Source: Patescibacteria group bacterium
GTDB lineage: Bacteria > Patescibacteriota > UBA1384 > 2-12-FULL-50-11
Assembly: GCA_041477655.1 (NCBI GenBank)
Contig: JBGOUP010000002.1
Span: forward strand, 1 to 38,605
Direction: 5' to 3'
Length of the DNA: 38,605 nucleotides
The position numbers and the translations under genes were made by a program. The notes under the pieces are model-generated. The model was not told where the DNA came from, searched no databases, and was given only the letters and a program-made list of their open reading frames with translations. Below are positions 7,988 through 17,900 of the stretch, piece after piece. Each line of letters starts with the position of its first letter. Positions within the stretch are counted from its first letter, which is position 1.

Positions 7988-8971
7988 ATGGAATCAGATC
8001 GAGACAAGAGCAACCAAGCCCAAATTACAATCCGTCGAGCCATTAGAGATTTTTTACGCGACGTCCAGGCTAGTCGTGGTTGGTCGATCTATACTTTACG
8101 TAACTACTCTCACGCCCTCGATGTTTTTTTAGCCTGGGCCAACGAGTTAAAACTTAAATACCTAAAAAGCCTGGGGCGCGACGATATCGTCGAGTTTCAG
8201 CTTCACCTGCAAAAGAGACAACAGCCAATCAGCCAAAAAACTATTAATTACTATTTAATCGCCCTGCGGAGCCTCTTGAAATACTGGACAAACGAAGACC
8301 TTGACGTTCTGGCGCCAGAGAAGGTTCGTTTAGCCAAGACCAGCCAGCGACAAATCCATTTTTTAGAGTCCGACGAGCTAGAAAAATTACTTGAGGCCAT
8401 TCCCACCAATAGTCTATCGGGAATACGTGACCGAGCCATCGTGGCCGTTCTGATCGCCACTGGGCTACGAGTCAGCGAACTGACTCAACTAAAACGAAGC
8501 CAGGTTAGTCTAAAGACCGGCGAGTTTAGTATCAGAGGCAAGGGCGGCAAGGTCCGGCCGGTTTTTCTAACCGATGTCGCCAAAACGGCCCTGGGCGACT
8601 ATATCACCACCAGACAAGACACCAACCCCTTCATTTTTATCCGTCATTACCAAAACCCCAAACTCGACAACAAAATAAAACGACCTTTAAGCGACCGGGC
8701 CATTCAGCGACTTGTCCGAAGCTTGGCCGCTCGAGCCGGCATTGTTAAACCAATCTCACCTCACAAACTTCGTCATAGTTTTGCCACTGATTTACTCCGA
8801 AACGGGGCGGATTTGCGCTCGGTTCAAGAGTTGCTTGGCCATGCCTCGGTGAATACTACCCAAGTCTACACCCATGTTACCAATCAAGCCCTGAAAGCTA
8901 CCCATCAACGTGTTCACTCTCACAATCGTCCCAAAGACGACCAGCCACTTGATCAAGACAGCCAAACATAG
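7988..8971 (+). CDS. tyrosine recombinase, XerC/XerD-like
   Basis: C-terminal catalytic box HKLRHSFATDLLRNGADLRSVQELLGHASVNTTQVYTHV and ATGLRVSEL (the Arg of RHRY). Confidence 0.85.
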   Translation: MESDRDKSNQAQITIRRAIRDFLRDVQASRGWSIYTLRNYSHALDVFLAWANELKLKYLKSLGRDDIVEFQLHLQKRQQPISQKTINYYLIALRSLLKYWTNEDLDVLAPEKVRLAKTSQRQIHFLESDELEKLLEAIPTNSLSGIRDRAIVAVLIATGLRVSELTQLKRSQVSLKTGEFSIRGKGGKVRPVFLTDVAKTALGDYITTRQDTNPFIFIRHYQNPKLDNKIKRPLSDRAIQRLVRSLAARAGIVKPISPHKLRHSFATDLLRNGADLRSVQELLGHASVNTTQVYTHVTNQALKATHQRVHSHNRPKDDQPLDQDSQT

Positions 8972-8986
8972 TACACTATTGACCAT

Positions 8987-9334
8987 ATGGACAAACACCC
9001 AGACCACCAGCGCTATCTTCTAACTTGTCTCTCGGCCAAAGCCGAGACGCTGGATGAGTTGGTTAAACTATTAGAAACTCGCCAAGCCGTTATTAAGAAA
9101 TCCGAGAACCTCGGCTCTCGTTCGCTGGCTTTCAAAATTAACAAACATGCCGAGCTTCAGCTGATGTCGGTTTTCTTCGAGACCCAACCCATTAACCTGC
9201 CTCCAATTCAAGAAGAACTAAAACATGCCCCTGGCGTGGAACGATTTTTGCTGACCACTTGGAACGCCGATTTTGAACGTCCGGTCCGTAAAAAGCGTGA
9301 GCTGACGACCCCAGCTGTGGCCAAACTCATCTAA
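8987..9334 (+). CDS. rpsF: 30S ribosomal protein S6
   Basis: Sits in the classic rpsF-ssb-rpsR order. LGSRSLAFKINKHAELQLMSVFFE matches the S6 core pattern. The TAATG junction overlaps the ssb start. Confidence 0.75.
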   Translation: MDKHPDHQRYLLTCLSAKAETLDELVKLLETRQAVIKKSENLGSRSLAFKINKHAELQLMSVFFETQPINLPPIQEELKHAPGVERFLLTTWNADFERPVRKKRELTTPAVAKLI

Positions 9335-9813
9335 TGTTTAGTCTTAATCGCGCCCAAATCCTTGGTAACCTGACCCGCGATCCCGAGGTCAAAACTTTGC
9401 CTAGCGGCCAGACTGTTACCTCTTTTGCTGTAGCCACCAATCGCCGCTGGAAAGATAAGGACGGCAATACCAAAGAAGACACCCAGTATCATGAAATCAC
9501 CGTTTGGGGTCGTTTGGGCGAGCTAGCTTCCCAGATGTTAAGTAAAGGAAAAAAAGTTTATGTTGAGGGTCGCTTGCAGACCAACTCTTGGGAAGGTAGT
9601 GACGGAGCTAAACGGAGTCGAACGGAAATTATCGGTGAAAGTTTTATCCCCCTCTCGCCTAAAGATGGAACCGGTTTTGAGATGAGGGACAAATCCATTC
9701 CCAAGGAACAAGATATACCAAAAACCGATCAGTCAACCGACACCAAGAGCGACAAAAAAACCCAGACGACCGAAACAGCCGAAGAAATTAATTTGGATGA
9801 CATCCCGTTCTAA
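9334..9813 (+). CDS. ssb: single-stranded DNA-binding protein
   Basis: OB-fold N-terminus LNRAQILGNLTRDPEVKTLPSGQTVTSFAVATNRRW, a disordered tail, and the acidic tip DDIPF. Confidence 0.9.
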   Translation: MFSLNRAQILGNLTRDPEVKTLPSGQTVTSFAVATNRRWKDKDGNTKEDTQYHEITVWGRLGELASQMLSKGKKVYVEGRLQTNSWEGSDGAKRSRTEIIGESFIPLSPKDGTGFEMRDKSIPKEQDIPKTDQSTDTKSDKKTQTTETAEEINLDDIPF

Positions 9814-9821
9814 AATGACAT

Positions 9822-9916
9822 GCACGAAATCCGAAGCACGAAATCCTAAACGTTTTGAATTTGAAGTTTTGGGTTTTGAGTTTGTTTCGAATTTAGAGCT
9901 TAGAATTTCGAATTTA
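9822..9916. repeat. CGAAAT-type low-complexity inverted-repeat spacer
   Basis: GCACGAAATCC occurs twice, followed by the palindrome AAACGTTT (9848-9855), then TTTCGAATTT and AATTTCGAATTT. This fills the ssb-rpsR spacer. Confidence 0.6.
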
Positions 9917-9924
9917 ATTCTACT

Positions 9925-10134
9925 ATGAAGCGTCGAGTTGATTGCTACTTTTCTAAAAACCAGATCAAAGAGATTGATTATCGAGCCACCGATTTATTGG
10001 GTCGCTATCTCACCAGCTGGGGCAAAATCAAAGCCGCCCGGGAAACTGGCACCTGCGCCAAACACCAACGAGCTTTGGCCCAAGCCATCAAACGGGCTCG
10101 CTATCTTGGTCTGATCTCCTACGTTAAGCGTTAA
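9925..10134 (+). CDS. rpsR: 30S ribosomal protein S18
   Basis: IDYRATDLLGRYLTSWGKIKAARETGTCAKHQRALAQAIKRARYLGL is a typical S18 sequence. Confidence 0.9.
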   Translation: MKRRVDCYFSKNQIKEIDYRATDLLGRYLTSWGKIKAARETGTCAKHQRALAQAIKRARYLGLISYVKR

Positions 10135-10139
10135 GGCCA

Positions 10140-10691
10140 ATGTTGCCGCTTGGCCAGGTGAAAATCGGCAGCAAAGTGCTGATTAAAAATAAGCCCTACG
10201 AAATTGTTGAGTTTAAACATACCCAGATGGGCCGCGGTGGGGCCAAACTAACGACCAAACTGCGAAATTTGATTGACGGGTCACTTGAGGAGCAGACATT
10301 TCAGGGCAATGAACAGTTGGAAGAGGCAAATATCGACTACAAAAACGCTCAATTTCTCTACGCCCAAGGCCCAACCGCTCATTTTATGCTTAGCGATAGC
10401 TTCGAACAGGTCAGCCACCGCCTGCCCGAACGCCGCTTGAAACTGATGAGTGAAGATATGCCGGTGACCTTGATGTTTTGGCAAAACAACATTATTGATA
10501 TTCAATTGCCTAAAAAAATCCGGGTTGCTATTCAATACACCGAGCCAGCCACCAAGGGTAATACCGTTACCGCCGCCTCCAAGCCAGCTCAACTGGAAAG
10601 CGGCCTGACTATTCAAGTGCCGTTGTTTATCAATACGGGAGATAAAGTTTGGGTTAATACTGAAACTGGTAGCTACGACAGTAGAGTTTGA
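10140..10691 (+). CDS. efp: elongation factor P
   Basis: KIGSKVLIKNKPYEIVEFKHTQMGRGGAKLTTKLRNL (KOW-like domain I), with length and a C-terminal OB domain typical of EF-P. Confidence 0.9.
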   Translation: MLPLGQVKIGSKVLIKNKPYEIVEFKHTQMGRGGAKLTTKLRNLIDGSLEEQTFQGNEQLEEANIDYKNAQFLYAQGPTAHFMLSDSFEQVSHRLPERRLKLMSEDMPVTLMFWQNNIIDIQLPKKIRVAIQYTEPATKGNTVTAASKPAQLESGLTIQVPLFINTGDKVWVNTETGSYDSRV

Positions 10692-10725
10692 TAACTCTAA
10701 TTATTAATAATATATTTTTATAATA

Positions 10726-10837
10726 TTTTTGTAGGGACGGGGGATTCAGAGTTTAGAAGCCCATCCCCCATCCCTACAACCCACCCCCTGGCACATCCAG
10801 ATAGGGAAGAACCAGGTCCTCTCCCTAGCACGCTCGG
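10726..10837 (-). repeat. structured intergenic element, copy B
   Basis: The minus-strand read begins CCGAGCGTGCTAGGGAG and contains CCAGGGGGTGGG. It ends in the hairpin GTAGGGATGGGGGA/TCCCCCGTCCCTAC followed by AAAAAT. Confidence 0.65.
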
Positions 10838-10902
10838 ACAAAAGAAACCGACAAAAAGCACGAAATTTTCGATCATTTTTATAAAGAAATTGGGGTGAGT
10901 GA

Positions 10903-11559
10903 TCACCCCAGAATATCTAACAGTGACTGGTCGATTTTGTAACCGACCGGTAGGACCAAACTTTCTGGGTCACGGCCGTTCCAGTGGATCTGGCCATTTA
11001 CAACCAAATTAAGGATGCGGGGGTAGAAATAACGCTCAATGCCCTTGACCCTGTCCTGAAGATGTTCGGCCCTTTCGTGGTTCTCCAGCAGAATTCTCAA
11101 CCGGAAAATGACCGGCCCATCGTCGTAATTGGCGGTAACGAAATGGGTAGTTAGCTCGGTGTAATCTGATCCAGCTTCTAAAACCGCCCGGTAGACATGA
11201 ATACCGTACATTCCCTTGCCGCCAAACTCGGGCAATGGCCCAGGATGGGAATTGATGGTTCGGCCGGGATCCATTTGGCTAAACGGTCGAAGCCAACCGG
11301 CTGATACCGCCCATTCTGCCTGGTATTTGGCCATAATTTCCTGGTAGGGCCGCTGATCAGTTCTGGGCTCAAAATGCTCAAAATTGATCCCGAGTTTCGA
11401 AGCGTGATCAAAAACACTGCCGTGAACGTGATTGCTAATCACCGCCACAATCTTGGCCTCAAGAATATTTTGTCTTGAAGCCTCTACCAAAGAACGAAAC
11501 AAACTTCCCCCGGATGTGGCAGTACCGGAGGCAAAGACGACGATATTCTCCACTGCCAA
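10903..11559 (-). CDS. formyltransferase, PurN-like catalytic domain only
   Basis: IVVFASGTATSGGSL, NSHPGPLPEFGGKG (the HxSLLP-type motif) and HFVTANYDDGPVI (catalytic Asp region). At 218 aa it has no Fmt-type C-terminal domain. Confidence 0.7.
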   Translation of the reverse strand: MAVENIVVFASGTATSGGSLFRSLVEASRQNILEAKIVAVISNHVHGSVFDHASKLGINFEHFEPRTDQRPYQEIMAKYQAEWAVSAGWLRPFSQMDPGRTINSHPGPLPEFGGKGMYGIHVYRAVLEAGSDYTELTTHFVTANYDDGPVIFRLRILLENHERAEHLQDRVKGIERYFYPRILNLVVNGQIHWNGRDPESLVLPVGYKIDQSLLDILG

Positions 11560-11635
11560 CCTCCTGATAGGTATAACTTAGATATACATTAATTTAAGTC
11601 GAGATCAATTCAAGGAGACCCTACGAGTCTCTGCT

Positions 11636-11788
11636 CTTTGAGAGGGTATGGGGATCTTACTTGGAAGCGGTCCCCTACCCTGCCGACCCCTCGCTCGGCA
11701 CTACAAAATGGCGGGAGATATTTTGCCATTTTTCGTGCCTTCCGTTCGAAAAGTCTCCCAGACTTTTCTCACACCTAGCACGCTAAGA
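11636..11788 (-). repeat. structured intergenic element, copy C
   Basis: The minus-strand read runs CTTAGCGTGCTAGG, hairpin GAAAAGTCT/AGACTTTTC, GAACGGAAG, hairpin GGCAC..AAAATGGC/GCCATTTT..GTGCC, GAGCG, GGGGACCGCTTCCAAGTAAGATCCCCATACCCTCT. Confidence 0.7.
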
Positions 11789-11801
11789 CAGAAACATGAG
11801 G

Positions 11802-11849
11802 TCACGGAGCGGTTTCTTGGAGGCTAAAGACGTTGTTGCGGGCGTTGAT
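11802..11849 (-). pseudogene. orphan 3'-terminal relic (15 codons + stop) of the giant pilus-associated gene
   Basis: The minus-strand translation is INARNNVFSLQETAP*, versus VNARNNVFSLQETSP* at the true C-terminus (19446-19493). The 26-nt core 11823-11848 is identical to 19467-19492. Confidence 0.75.
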
Positions 11850-11875
11850 CCCCAGTTTTGGAAAATTATCAATAC

Positions 11876-11905
11876 TTGACAGCAATTAGTCTTTTAAGCT
11901 ATTTT
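11876..11905 (+). promoter_or_regulatory. candidate sigma70 promoter of the RHS gene
   Basis: TTGACA (11876-11881), an 18-nt spacer, then TATTTT (11900-11905). AGGAG lies 7 nt upstream of ATG 11935. Confidence 0.35.
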
Positions 11906-11934
11906 TCAGTCAATGGTTATATTAGGAGTGGGCG

Positions 11935-14900
11935 ATGCAAGATAAAGCATCGATTATTAACCGCCTGAAATCATCCTTTGTTTATTTGTCGGTGCTTTCG
12001 CTTTTGGTGCAATCGGCACCATTTTTTATTTCTCCCGCTCGAGCCACTGAAAGTGTCGGTGATCAGTCAAAGCTGGATCAAGCTACTTATCTAAACGGAG
12101 CGGTTGAGAAGCCAGAAAAAAGAACTGCTCACTCAAAAAGCTTTGAAACATCCGATGGCAAAGGCTGGGCGGAAGTACATCAAGAGACAATCAACTACCA
12201 GGACGGCCAGGGCAACTGGCAGCCCGTTAACAATAACTTGGCAACGATTTCTGATCCAAATTATGCCTATGGCAATACCGCCAATCGTTACGCTGCTCAT
12301 TTTAAAAGCACTCTGGCAAGCGATTTCTTTGCTCTTCAGCAAGGCAGTGATCAAATTAGTTTTAGTCTACAAGGAGGTTCGTCTGTTCAAGGAACCATTT
12401 CCGGTACCACCATCATCTACCCCAATGCCCTTGCTGGCATAGACTTTGTTTACTCGACCGATTCCGATAGCGTAAAAAGCCAGTTGGTTCTCAATAGCGA
12501 ACCAACCAGTAGAATTGTTAATTACCAAGCAACACTTTCATCGGGGTTGCAGTTATCGACCGACTCCTTTGGGAATATTAAAGTGACCAATGGCTCAGGT
12601 ACAACGATCTGGACACTACCAAAACCATCAACTATCCAACCAATCACTCATGAACCGATTTTTACCAACTATTCATCTACTTCGCTCGGTTCTAATCAGT
12701 ACCAAATCGGCTTCACTATTCCTGATAATTTTTTGCCGGTGCCTGAAAAGGGCTATCCAGTAGTAATCGATCCCTCAATTGTTCTTGTAGACAGCTCTAA
12801 CACCGCCAGCAATTATGTCCTTCAAGGTGATCCGACTATTACGTATAAAAGCAGTTCAAATAACAATACCATACCCGTTGGTCATACTACTCTAGACGAA
12901 GCCCGAGCCTTCATGAAGTTTGATACCAGTAGTATCCCGGCCAATTCTTCGATAGATAGCTCTGTCTTCTCTATAACTATGCAGGAGGAACGAGCATCAA
13001 TTCCCAGAATCAAACTCTATAGTGTTACTCAAGACTGGAATCAGGATGACCTTAACTGGAATAATCAGCCGAGCGTCGCTTCAACCTTTGAGGATAGTTA
13101 CGCTAACGATGTTACCTATTCTTGGTGGAACTTTGATGTTACCAACCTAACTAAAGGCTGGTATTCCGGCTCAACTCCTAATTATGGATTTTCACTTCGC
13201 GGCCATGACCCTGGTGTTTCTCGCCGCTATTTCTTTTCCAAATACTACAGTAGCGACCCAAATAGAAAGTTTAACCCTTACGTTTTAATTTACTACCATC
13301 CGAACAGTGGCCAAGGCCCAACGCCTCCTCAGATGCTTGGAACAAAACCTTGGTGGCAAACAGTTAATAGTCCATTGGCGGTAGGTAATGCTTCAGTTAA
13401 TGTGGCCAATGGTAACTTAGCCTTCAATTTCAACGACGTGTCTGTCCAGGATCAAGGGCTCGATGTCTCGGTCAGCCACACCTACAATAGCCAAGACACT
13501 TATAACGATAAATTCGGTTACGGCTGGACAACTTCAGCCAACAAACGCCTAGTCCCCTCTCAAGACCGGAAAACCGTCTTGTACGTTGACGAGACTGGGA
13601 CCAGCTTCACCTTTAGAGATGACGACGGTAATGGCAACTACCTAGACACGCCGTACGATGCTTCTAGCGGTTTTTATAAACAGACCGATCATCGCCCAAA
13701 TGGTCTGACTTGGGGTCTGAAATACGACTCGGGCGCCGATCATTACATCGCCAAATCAAGTTCCAATATGACCTATACCTTCGATGGAAGTGGAAAAATA
13801 CTGGAAGAAAAGGACAAAAACGCCAATAAGGTTACTTATCAATACACCAGTGGCAAATTGACTGGAGTCGTTGGTAATTCCGGAAAGACCGTTAGCCTAG
13901 CTTACGACAGCAACGGTATGCTGGCCAGCGTTAAGGATTACAATGACGGCGATTCCCAATACAGCGGCAACGGTGGTATTGTTTCCTATCTCTACGACAA
14001 TGGCGATCTTAAAACCCTTAAATTCCAGCAAGAAGGCCAAAGCAATCCATTTGCTACCCTAACCTTCAACTACACCAATCATCGCCTAGATTCGATTGTC
14101 GACGCTCTCAATAACACCACTAGTTTTACTTACGATGGTAGTAAAAGAGTGACGGATATTTATGACGCCGAAAACAAACACACCAAGATTGACTACACTT
14201 CTGCCGGCCTAACCAAAGTAACCACGCCCAAATACTTCGTCGATGGTGGCGACCAAGAGAAATATATGACTGATTACTACTACCGTACGAACCCCTACTA
14301 TCAGACTGGGTTAGTTTATAGGCAGATTAGTCCGAAACTGACCAACAATCAAAATCAAACCGTTCGCAATATTACCGAGTATGACTACAACGACGACTAT
14401 CAGTTACATGCAACCACGGATCCAATTGGGGCGGTTGACGCTTCGGCATATGATGACGTATCAGGCTTCCTCTTCTACCAATATGACGAAAATCACACTT
14501 TGACCCTTGAGAAAAGTTACACTCTTTCAAATTACGACCAGGGTGATTGGCGTCTTGTTGATAGCTATGATGGCAACGGAACTCAAACAAGCTATCAATA
14601 CGACACCAACGGCAATGTCATTTACAAAGGGATTCTTGATGGCAACATTAATTTAATCCACAATCCCGGCTATGAGAGCAATGTCAGGGATCCGAATGTT
14701 TTTGACCCCAACTGCAGCTACGTAAAGCAGGGGTTAGCCGACTTTTGGTGCGGTACGGGGACTGGATCTAATAACAGAATCTACGGGGTTGACACTGGCA
14801 CTTTCAACGATGGCTCTAAATCGCAGTATGTCGGGTTCAATAACAACACAAGTAGCGGTTCGGTTAATGCTTTCCAGACAATTAATGAAGCTACCCGCCC

Positions 14901-17900
14901 GCTCCCAGACACTGACTATGTTCTGACTTGGAATTATAAAAACGACATTAGCAGTAACTTCTACGTTCAAATTGCCATTATTCATTACGATACTTGGGGC
15001 AACCAAATTGGCTCAACGATCCTTGACTCGAATCATTACTCGTCGTCGGCTTGGGATCAAAAATCGTTTAGTTTTCATACTCCTGCAACTAACTCATCTA
15101 CAGGTTATCCGTACTGGACATCAGACATATTTATGCGAGCCAAAAGTGACACCACAGGAACAAATGCTAAGGCCTGGTTTGATTCGGTCAGTTTAGAACG
15201 AGGTACTACCTCAAGTACCAGAACTGAAAAAGCAATCACCTTTACTTATACCGACGCTCTTCATTCTACGCCAACTGGCTTGCCACTTACAGAAACAACC
15301 CCTGAAGGCAAAACCGCTCATTACGATTGGGACAGTCGGGGTAATATGCTGAAAACAACTGACGCCTTAAATAAATCTACCACCTTTACATATGATGCAA
15401 ATGGCAACAAATTAACGAAGGTTGAGCCAAACGGCAATGATACTCTACTTGATCCGGACGACTACAAATATGCCTATGTCTATGACACGCGTGGTCGAAT
15501 TATCTTGGTTAAGGAAGTAAAAACTAACAACCAGACTACCTATCAATATGATGCTAACGGGAATTTGATCCAAACAACTACTCCTAATGGGCTGATTACT
15601 AAATACACTTACGATAAGGTCAACCGAGCTAAAACAATTATCAACCCATATGATTATTCAAGTAACGTTGAATATGATGCTCAAGGTAATCCGAAGGGCA
15701 TAGTCGATCCCAACTCTAACGCAAGTAGCGTTGCATACGATGGGGCTGACAGGATCGTTCAAGAAACCAACCCTGGCGGTCAGGCCACAAATTACAGCTA
15801 CGATGACAACAACAACCTCAAGAAAACTGACGAAAATGGTAAAACTTTACAGTATAACTATGACTCTACAGGCAAGTTAACTTCAGAAACTAACAATCAG
15901 CTTGGTAGTGATAAGACCATACAGTACCAATACGACAATGCCGGTAATCTAACAGTAATCAACAATCAAACCGGGGAAACCGTTAACCACACTTATTCTG
16001 CGACTGGCGAGGTAACTAAAGTAACTATCGGTGCCCAAACGACTATCTACACTCGAAATAAAAATAATCAAGTTACTAAAATTGAAAAATCTAACGGAGA
16101 CATTACCGAGTATTCATATAACGATGATGCCCAATTTGCTCATATTAAGAACTCCCGAAACAACACCCCATATCTGGAATATGATTATGGGTATGACGCT
16201 AACGGCAACAGAACTCGAATTACGACGGTCACTAATGGCAACTCGTCGGAAACTGGTTATCAATACGATAATATCAACCAGTTGACCCAAAGTGCAGTTG
16301 TTGGTGGCCTAACTACAAACTATACATACGACAACGCTGGTAACATTACACATGTAGCAATATCGACTGGCTCTTGGACTAATTACACGTACGACGGCAA
16401 TCGACTAATTAAAAAAACCACCTCGGCCGGATCAACGGAATATATTGGTTATGATGCCTCGGGTAACTTGACCAGTCGAGATACGGCAGACAAAGTTGAT
16501 TTTCTGTCTCACTTCAATAACAATCTAATCAACGCCCGAGACAATCAAGCTGGCAAAATTGAGAATTCGACTCAAGGTTATACACCTGTGTACGAAACCG
16601 GCAAGTTTAACCAAGCGCTTCAGCTTAATTCCCAAACTTATATTAGCTTTTCCTCTTCCAGTAATATTAATCCCAATACAGGCACTGTTGAGATGTGGGT
16701 TAAGCCTCATTGGAACAATGGTTCGAGCACCAGAGTTTTCTTTGATTATTACGTAGATACGAATAGTATCATCCGACTTCAGAAGACTTCTACTAATAAG
16801 CTACAGCTGTTCTACATTAGAAGTGGCGCTAATTATACGGCCACCAGTAACTCAAGCGTAACCTGGACAAACGGCACTTGGATGCATTTGGCGGCTACTT
16901 GGAATAGTACTACGGCTAAACTTTACGTTAATGGGCAAAATCTTTCATCAACCAACAGCACTTATTTTTGTGATCCTAATCTGCCATGCGATCCTCCATG
17001 GGGCGGCCGATCGCCAAAAATTGGTTTTGGTGCCACAACCGAAACCAACCCTTCTAATTACGCTGATGTTAGTTTAGACGAAGCTCGCTTATCGTCCTAC
17101 GTCCGCACCAGCTCTGAAATCTCCAGCTCTTACAATGCCACCAGCGAGTTTACCTTGCCTCACACCACTACTTACGAGTACGACTCCCACGATTACCTAA
17201 CCAAAATCACAAAACCCGACGGAACAGTTTTCGGCTATACCTATGATGCGAATAAGCGGCTAACAAAGAGAACTAAAACAAGTGCTAGCGACATCAACTA
17301 TCAGTACGATGGTGATAAATTAACTCAAGAAACTAACAACGACGGATCAATTATCAATAAATACTATTATGATTCTCAGGGGGAGATACTAAAGGTGACT
17401 CATGGCTCGAGTGATTACTTCCTAACGAGGGATGGATTAGGTGGGAGCATCTCACTTCGCGATGGCAACGGCAACAGTGCTAGTAGCTACGTATATGACG
17501 ATTGGGGTAAGCTGGTCAGCAAAACCGAACAATTTTCTATGCCCGTTCGTTATGCTAGCTATTGGTATGACGATGATGCTGGACTCTACCATATGGGAGC
17601 TCGCTGGTACGATCCTAGCATCTACAGATTCCTTAGCGAAGATCCAGACCCCGGTGATCAGAATGATTCTATCACCCAGAATGAATATGTCTACGCAAGA
17701 AATAATCCGATCAGATATACTGATCCCAATGGGAAGTTTGCATGGGCATTTACCTTGGCCGCTAATCCAGAGGTCACTGCTTTTGTTTTACTAGCGTATG
17801 CAGTGATATTACTTGCTAATAATAGCGGTATTAAGAATAGAATTGCTGGGCAATTAGGCCATATTCAGGAACACTTGGGTAAGATCAGGGATAAAGCCGG

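Noticed and set aside
7988-8971. The Xer-type tyrosine recombinase as the integrase of the RHS island.
   Set aside because: It is separated from the island boundary (11802) by core genes (rpsF-ssb-rpsR-efp and the formyltransferase). It looks like a chromosomal XerC/D-type enzyme.
11802-11849. The 3'-end repeat pair (11802-11849 / 19446-19493) as the template/variable repeats of a diversity-generating retroelement.
   Set aside because: The mismatches are not adenine-specific and the repeat is only 48 nt. No reverse transcriptase gene lies in or near the interval.
12104-17794. Short ORFs inside or antisense to the RHS gene (12104..12442, 12133..12354, 14372..14590, 14734..15006, 14972..15196, 16031..16285, 16525..16756 and 17441..17794).
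   Set aside because: They are fully embedded in a long, well-supported CDS, have low-complexity translations and no start signals.
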